A DNA stretch of 64,000 bases from Paragordius varius (Eukaryota; Animalia; Nematomorpha), in contig OZ176053.1 of assembly GCA_964247055.1 (NCBI GenBank), forward strand, positions 3,100,001-3,164,000. Reading direction: 5' to 3'. Positions 56,652-64,000 of the stretch are shown here, in pieces. The notes below the pieces were generated by a model, which was not told where the DNA came from, did not search any database, and saw nothing but the letters and a program-made list of their open reading frames with translations. How positions within the stretch are numbered: the first letter of the stretch is position 1; every line of letters begins with the position of its first letter. A program made the position numbers and the translations under genes.

Positions 56652-59455
56652 CATAAAATTGAAATTATGCGAACAAAACGCAAAAATATAAAGACAAAAT
56701 TTTTTTTTTCAAAATACAACCATACTTTTTTAAACCTTAATTTTTCTATATATATATTTATTAAATACAATTTTAAAATACATGAGTGATTATGTTACCA
56801 ATATACGCCTCTATTTCATAGTTTCAATTTAAATCGAAATTTTTTATAAATCACTTAAAAAAGTACAGCGGTCTCTTGAAAAAAATATTTGCCTTCATAT
56901 TTTTCCGTTTATTCTGTATAATTTCAATTTAAATCTATATATATATGGCGTAAAATTACCCTTTTATCCCTTCAGATTTCATGATTGAGGCAAACATTGG
57001 AATAATTTTAATTTTTTCTTGACTTTTCTAAAAGTTATTTTTATGCTCTATGTTACTTGGGCTAATATAACACGAGTTTTGACAACATCGATTGGAGTGG
57101 TAAGAGTGGCGGCAATACCACCTAAATAACATAAAAGATGAATATGATATTGATTGCGTTTCTTAAAATTAGAATATCTCGTATAAAATTTATTAAAAAA
57201 ATTAAGCTGAAATGCGTACAAATATAAAAAATATATATTTTGATTTTCGACTTTTATAGTAAAGTCTATATCGAAAAAATATTTGTACGCATTTCAGCTT
57301 AATTTTTTTTTAATAAATTTCATAAATGCGTAATTCTCTCGATTCTCGTATAAAGTTTTGCTTTTTTAAATTCTTTTGAAGCCCTTAGATATATTTGCGC
57401 CTACTAGCTAATCTAGTTTATGTGTCAACGAGCAATAAAATTTTTTAGAGTGATAAAGCAAAATCTTAAAATTTCCCTTACCTATTGTTGGCTCAAGCGT
57501 TGAAGTAATCCTATTAATTAATATTTCAACCGTTTCTATATAAAATAAAATAATATTTGAAAATAGTATTACAAGCAATATTTATAATATTTATATAATC
57601 GATGCTTAGTTCTCGCGGTATTTATTTAATCAAATTGGGTTGTTAACTCATAAATACAGTTAAAATTGAAATTATACGGACAAAACGTAAAAATATAAAG
57701 ACAAATATTTTTATATAAAAGACAAACATACTTTTTTAAACCTTACTTTTTCTCATATAAGCTATTTAGTTACAATTGTAAAATATAGAATTGATTATGT
57801 TGGTAATATATATCTCTATTTCAGACTTAGATATTTAAAACAGTGACTTATATCGAAATAAATTTAAAAAGTATGGCTGTCTTTTATTCATATTTTGTCC
57901 GTATAAGTCGAGAGCTAAAGGTTTCAGTATAATGCATAATAAAATATAATAATATAATACGGTAATGTTGGGACAAAAATATATCAATTTTTTAGCCATA
58001 ATTCGATGTCTTTAGTTAATAAAATTTGTGAGAACGTGTGAGCCGTATATTGTTATAATTCACAAAAGTCATCCAAAAACCAAAATAATATTTAAGTCCT
58101 TGAAAGACTGAAATCAAATAAATGGGATTATGTAAGTTTAAAAAATATAAGCTTTAAAAAATAAAATTTTTAATAACATATTCATAGGGTGGACCTATAA
58201 AATAATATAGCGACTTTAAAAGGGAAAAAATAGAGCACCATTGCTTAAATTTTTGATACATTCATTTAAGTTATTATTTAATACCATATTTTAACAAAAT
58301 TTATAATAGATAAAAACGCAGTTGCGTTATTATAAACACCTAAAATATAATGTTAACATTTATGCATATGGTAAAAAAAATAAAAATTATTTAGTATTTG
58401 AGTTTTGTAAGCAAATTAAATTTCAGTTGGATGAAAATCATTATCAAATAATTTTTGATTTTTAGTTATTTTAAGAAAAAATTAATATTACCAATATATT
58501 GGATGCAATAATAATTTAAATTCAAATGATTACTGGGGATCATTTTAAGTTCGTAAAGCTGCATATTATACACATAAATTTTTCTATCGTATATTATGAT
58601 TCATTATTTAGGGTATTGAGTGCAAGTTAACCCAATTTAAAGGTCATTATGCGCATTATTAATAAAATAAATCAACAGCCCTGACACCTCAGCTGGTATA
58701 TTATTATTATACAATATTTTCAGATGCAATTATTTACTGGAAAGTTTTTAAATTATAAAAATTAAGGTTAAAATTAATTAAAAGATTTGTAACCTGCAAT
58801 GGCACCTTGAATATAAGAATCGATGTTTGCATTATGTGTCATTTCTAACTCTTATTTTAAATTCATAATTACATTTTTGAGGAATTCCCAAACAGGGTAT
58901 TGTATAAATGCAAAGGGTATTTCTCGGAAAAGTGTAGGATAAAGTCCTCTGTAGAAACCAAAAAAGCCCTTTTGTGTTAATAATGTTATTTTACTTCATT
59001 TTTTAATAACGCAGACAGAATTTGCCAATTTTTTAGATTGTATGCTTGACGACGTTGTTTGAAAACTTCAACGGGGACACGAATAAGACAGGAAACCTTA
59101 GGGATAAAAATAATTGATACCGATTCAGCTAAAGCAGCGCTAATTAAATTTGGGTATTGAGTGTGATTTTGTAAATATATCCTAAAATTCTCATATGTGT
59201 AAAAAAATAATGCAGAACTATTGTTTTAAAATTTTTTTTAACGTTGGGGCAGATCCTAAGAATGCTATTCCTATCCCATTATATATTTTACGGAAGCCGC
59301 CTGACGCTTTAAATCCTCTCTGACTTTGAAGCCTAGTTTTAATCGTATCTAAGGGGAATAATATCGTGTCCACTAAAACCCCAGACAGAGCTCCACCCTA
59401 GGATATTAAAATTAAAAGGATATTTAAATACCAGCAATGGTATAAAATCTTGCAT
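56466..59455 (-). CDS. SLC25A26: Mitochondrial S-adenosylmethionine carrier, 9 exons, 260 aa
   Basis: Exons 59455-59432, 59397-59243, 59217-59121, 59096-58995, 58968-58873, 58848-58794, 57121-57057, 57027-56960, 56586-56466 (783 nt in frame). Motifs LFPLDTIKTRLQS, CLIRVPVEVFKQR, REIPFAFIQYPVWE, TTPIDVVKTR, PRVIWISLGGAIFLGSYD. Confidence 0.95.
56611..56650. repeat. (TA)20 microsatellite in the last SLC25A26 intron, 24 nt from the acceptor
   Basis: Direct reading. Confidence 0.95.
57186..57320. repeat. Palindromic element with ~40-bp arms in SLC25A26 intron 6
   Basis: aaatttattaaaaaaattaagctgaaatgcgtacaaatat / atatttgtacgcatttcagcttaatttttttttaataaattt. Confidence 0.8.
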
Positions 59456-59475
59456 TGGAAAATTTTGAATAACAT

Positions 59476-62400
59476 ATGAAATATGTGAATGTATTGATTA
59501 CAACGTGCATAATGTTAACTCGTAAAAATATATTTTTGACAATATTTATTGGATATGTTGGCCATAGTCTTTATACCTTGTATAATACGTTTCAGACTAA
59601 ATATTGTGGTAACAAAGCGACAAATTGTATTCATCAGCTAGGTGTAAATGAGTTATATGAAGTATTATATTTTTAAACATGCAGATTAGATATGGATTTA
59701 CAATTCTAAATTATTTGCGGGACACTGATACGTTATACAATATCAAGCAAAAATTAAATGTATTTAAGTATCCAACTATGTATATAGCAGAACTATTGAA
59801 TTAAACTTAACCGATGTTACGGATAAACCCCTATATTTTCACGCAACATTAAAATCTCTTGACCAATCAATCCAAACTTCCATATCTCAAAAGTTAAGTA
59901 TTAAACAAATTCCTGAAACTACAGCTATTAGTTTGCTGGTAATTATTTTTTACGATTTAGAAAAATGATTCGATAGTCAAGCATGATGGCCAAGAAATAA
60001 ATCATTATCCTACCAAAATAACTATTCACCTACTCTATGAAAATAAGGATGTGGATTTAAATGGTTTGACTAATGATATTTATCGGCTTATACGGTATTT
60101 TTTACGATATAACAATAGAATTAATCGCAAAAAGGAATTTCACCCAATTATATACTTATCGGATATTGATGTCCTTCACAAATATTTTAAAGTTTGATAT
60201 TTTAAAACTTTTATAGCCCTATACTTATTTTCAAAACAATTCCATTTCCCTAAACGTTAAACCAATCACATTTGGGAAAATTCATTTTTTTAATGCAATC
60301 GAACAATCCATAGTATCTATGAAACAATTAGGTTGCCATTTAATTTTTGAACGAATAGGTTTTACAGAAAAAGATGCGGATGAAATAAAGAGTCTTTTCG
60401 TTGATACCAACATTTATTTGTTAATGGTGACATTCGTTATCTCGTTCATGCATGTATGAAATATATTTTTTATCGAAATTTGTTCTTATTATTATAGCTG
60501 CTCTTTGACACGCTAGCTTTCAAAAACGATATTTCATTTTGGCGATCACGGGATACACTGGTGGGAATATCTTCAAAAACGGGTATAAACTTTTTTAGAA
60601 AATGATTAAGAATATTGGTGTAACACCCATTTTAGTAAATTTTTTAAGCATTAAAAACCAACCATAAATATATAGTTTATCCTTAGTTTTCTTTATTTTA
60701 GGGGGATGAATTCCATATTATACGCTATTGTTGTGTATAAATTTTACCATTTTAAAGCGATATAGTTTTTTATGATAATAAAAAAAAGCGTCAAGAAAAG
60801 CATAAAAAAATAAGAAATAAATTGTCTGAAAAAGTACAGTATGAAGCTGTACTTAATAGTCGGTTAAGATAATAAACAGTTAGGTTATTCTTTCAAGGAC
60901 TTTAATTTTATTGTAAGGCAAATGTTGGCTTACATAGAATTATGGATTTTGCTTGGGATTCGAATAATTATTAATTTTTATATGGAATTATTATCCAAAT
61001 TTAATATTCTTTTTTACAACCATTTTTCCTTTAGTTATATGGCGATGTTTCAGCCAATTCATCATTTTCCTATATTTGTGCAATGAGAAGACAAGCCTTT
61101 TAGTTCTCATACCTACGGGAATCGGTGTCATTATTGAGTTTTGGAAAGTTACTAAAGCCTTAAAATTCAGACTTGTTCGGAACAAATGTAAACTTTAAAA
61201 TTGATAATTTTATACCATTAAGATAAACCCCATAGATTGAAATTAAAAAAAATCATTATTTGTCTCGGTTTTGGCTCTATACTTAAAAAAATGGTTTTAC
61301 TTGATCATAACCTTTTTTATTATGTTTTTTTAAATTTTTTATGTGGGACAAAGATTACTATTAAGTAATAATCAAAAATCCACATTTTAAATAAATTTGC
61401 CGAATTTCCATAATCTCAATTACAAAAAATGAATAACTATTTAGCCTCAAAATGGTTTTTTACCATTGTCAAAACGAAGGAGTTGGATTGTGAAAAAGAA
61501 ACGCAACAACACGATTCTCAAGCATTAAGCTACCTATCTTACCTTCTATATCCCCTCTGTATAGGGGGAGCCCTATATTCCTTGCTTTATGTACCGCACA
61601 AAAGTTGGTGGTCTTGGCTCATAACTTCGCTGGTTAATGGTGTTTATGCATTCGGATTTATTTTTATGATGCCACAATTATTTTTGAATTACAAGGTAGA
61701 TAGTAAGATTTGTGAGTTTGCTTTTTTATAAAGGCATATTCCACATATATTTTGTTCTGCACTAGTATTTAGAGTTTTTGATCTGTTTTTTGCACACTAT
61801 GAATAGTAAGAGTGCTAATAAATGCTTAAATTGGAAATGGATAAAAGGAGAAATGACTAAAATGAATAAACCAAGTTTTGATCAAAACTCATACCAAACG
61901 ACTTAATTATAATAACAAACAGATAAAACCGTGTAACAATTTTAAGTATTCGTAATTTTTATAACTATAAAAATTTTTTAACGAGTTTTAATTTCCTATT
62001 AATAATTTAGTTCTATTACGTTAATATATAAATAGTCTATTCCGTGCGTAATATTAATTAGGGTTGAAAAAAACGTTAATATTTTCTGGAAATTTTGGAT
62101 CATAAATAATTTATAAAGTTTCTTAAATAGATTTAAGATATATTTGAATATACCTTTCAAACGTTCACTCAAGAACTTAATTATTAATTCGATTTTATAT
62201 TTGATTTATAAATAAAATTGCATCTTATATTACTTTATAAAATTTTTATATGTGCGTGTGTGTCTGTTTTTTAGTTAAAATCGGTGGCCCATCTGCCTTG
62301 GAAACCATTCATGTACAAAGCCTTCAATACCTTCATTGATGATTTATTTGCTTTTATAATTACAATGCCTACCACTCATAGATTAGCTTGCTTCAGAGAT

Positions 62401-62532
62401 GATTTAGTATTTTTGTGTTATCTTTACCAACGATGGCTATACCCAGTTGATAAAAATCGAATGGATGAAACTGCCACAACTTTTGAAGAGACTGACTATA
62501 ATATTACTTCAAAAAATAAAAAGATTGATTAG
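59476..62532 (+). CDS. CLPTM1L: Cleft lip and palate transmembrane protein 1-like (lipid scramblase), 11 exons, 515-527 aa
   Basis: Exons 59476(or 59512)-59661, 59685-59767, 59788(or 59791)-59938, 59961-60094, 60119-60191, 60217-60331, 60359-60453, 60498-60582, 61035-61187, 61445-61695, 62275-62532. Motifs [82 protein letters not shown]. Confidence 0.95.
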
Positions 62533-62650
62533 TATTGATTGATAATTTTCTATATTTATTTGTGTTTGATTAAATGAAACGTATAAATAAATGCATTTGT
62601 TAGAAATATAAAAAAATGTTAAATAATGTACAGTATGTAAGTATACATTT

Positions 62651-62788
62651 CTAGAAAGTTATTAATTATTGCTAATTTTTTATTACAGCAAAGGGTAGTA
62701 TTATTGGCTAATAGTTATTTTTTTCACTTTTCCAATAATACTGCCCTTTGTTGTATATGCTATTTAGTAATAATTAATAACTTTCTAG
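62651..62788. repeat. Palindromic MITE-like hairpin downstream of CLPTM1L
   Basis: ctagaaagttattaattatt...cagcaaagggtagtattattgg / ccaataatactgccctttgttg...aataattaataactttctag. Confidence 0.75.
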
Positions 62789-63040
62789 CAAAGTATATTT
62801 ACTTATACTGTAAATCTCAAAAAATGCTGTGATTATAAATGTATCAAAAAGTTCATATATCACGTATAAATGACCAATCTGTTACGCATGAGCATAAAAA
62901 AGAACATATTTGTGTAAAAAACACTTCATTTAATACGTCAGATGTCTAAATTTATTATATCACAATGGTGTGGTACCCTTTAAAAAATACACACATGTAT
63001 CGCATTAAATTTTTACTAACTACTATTTTGTCAGCCATTC

Positions 63041-63433
63041 TTAGCACGTAATGGAAGAAAATTTTATTGAACAACAAATTATTGTACGTATTTCCTCTTT
63101 GAGTTTGAGGAAATAGTTTTTAAATACGTTCCTAACATTCTTATCCAATAAAATGTTGATGTAAACACCCAACAAAGGGTTAAGATGTTTTATAAAATGT
63201 ACTGTAATTTGTCTATCAAATTGTTCTTGTTCCAAATAATTAATCCAAAAGTATTGATTCTTAAGCACATAAATGATGAAAGGCATGTTGAAAAAGAATA
63301 AAAGTAGGCTTTGAACCATAATGAGAATTGCGGCTTGGTTTGTGATAAAAGTTCTATTCCTTGTAGAAGACAGCGCTGAAGTCATGGGATGATCATTTTT
63401 TTCGTTTTCCGGATGCATCATTACACGTTGTGC
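63041..63433 (-). CDS. Last exon of a second class A 7TM receptor (TM6-TM7-H8); 5' part not found in the window
   Basis: Acceptor ttaaag at 63434; AAILIMVQSLLLFFFNMPFIIYVL (TM6 with Pro), HLNPLLGVYINILLDKNVRNVFK (TM7/helix 8). Confidence 0.7.
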   Translation of the reverse strand, partial: AQRVMMHPENEKNDHPMTSALSSTRNRTFITNQAAILIMVQSLLLFFFNMPFIIYVLKNQYFWINYLEQEQFDRQITVHFIKHLNPLLGVYINILLDKNVRNVFKNYFLKLKEEIRTIICCSIKFSSITC

Positions 63434-64000
63434 CTTTAAAGGAGATAATAAATACAATATAGCGGTTTATTGGAAAATATTAATTTAAATTTTGTCAAAA
63501 TATAAAAATAAGTTGAACCCCATTTGGTTTTTTTTGCAAATAAAAACAGTTTTAAATGCCTACAAAAATCTGAAACATTATGATATGGATTTTAGGCAGT
63601 TTAAAATAGGTTTCAATTATCTCGATCGGTCCATAAGAGGTTAATATGACAAAATCTAAAATAAGTATTGTAATAAAGATTAACACCAGATTTATAATTG
63701 TTATTATTTATGCAAGATCTAAAACTATAAGGCTTCAAAATTAAATTCCCCCTAATTGCAGGGAGGCTTTGTTATAACAATTCACCTAATATCTCTAAAC
63801 TTGTTTTTTAGACTTTTCAAGTGGTTAGTAAAAATTTCAATTTTAATATTTCCTAATTTATATACTTTTTAAACTACTGTATATTATAAAACTGAATTTG
63901 GTTATTCCCGTTGTAACCGTGGCTGTGACCGCTTTCCATATGTTTTAAACCATGTTATTCAAATACTTATTTTTATGTATTTTTTTCAGACAAAAATATA

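Overview
Very AT-rich animal (invertebrate) nuclear DNA using the standard genetic code; not prokaryotic, no CRISPR. The species cannot be named from the sequence. I traced six spliced genes from start to stop by hand with consistent phases: katanin p60 (+), a neprilysin/M13 peptidase (-), a DNAJB6-like chaperone (+, nested antisense in a neprilysin intron), an unusual Ig-superfamily membrane protein (-), the SAM carrier SLC25A26 (-) and CLPTM1L (+). Also present: a Shisa-like gene lacking a clear first exon, an intronless orphan 7TM receptor, the last exon of a second 7TM receptor, one solitary 5S rRNA and many decayed transposons (Gypsy LTR, RTE LINEs, mariner, hAT and its MITEs, Helentron-like elements, a tRNA-derived SINE, a Penelope-like remnant with a degenerate hammerhead). 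The main observation is the splicing system. At least 16 GT-AG introns of only 20/22-27 nt, each required by reading frame and/or homology, cluster at gene 5' ends and coexist with kb-long TE-filled introns. Only 7 of 58 traced donors have G at +5. SLC25A26 and CLPTM1L are head-to-head with only 20-56 nt between start codons. Protein identities come from recalled family motifs, not database searches.
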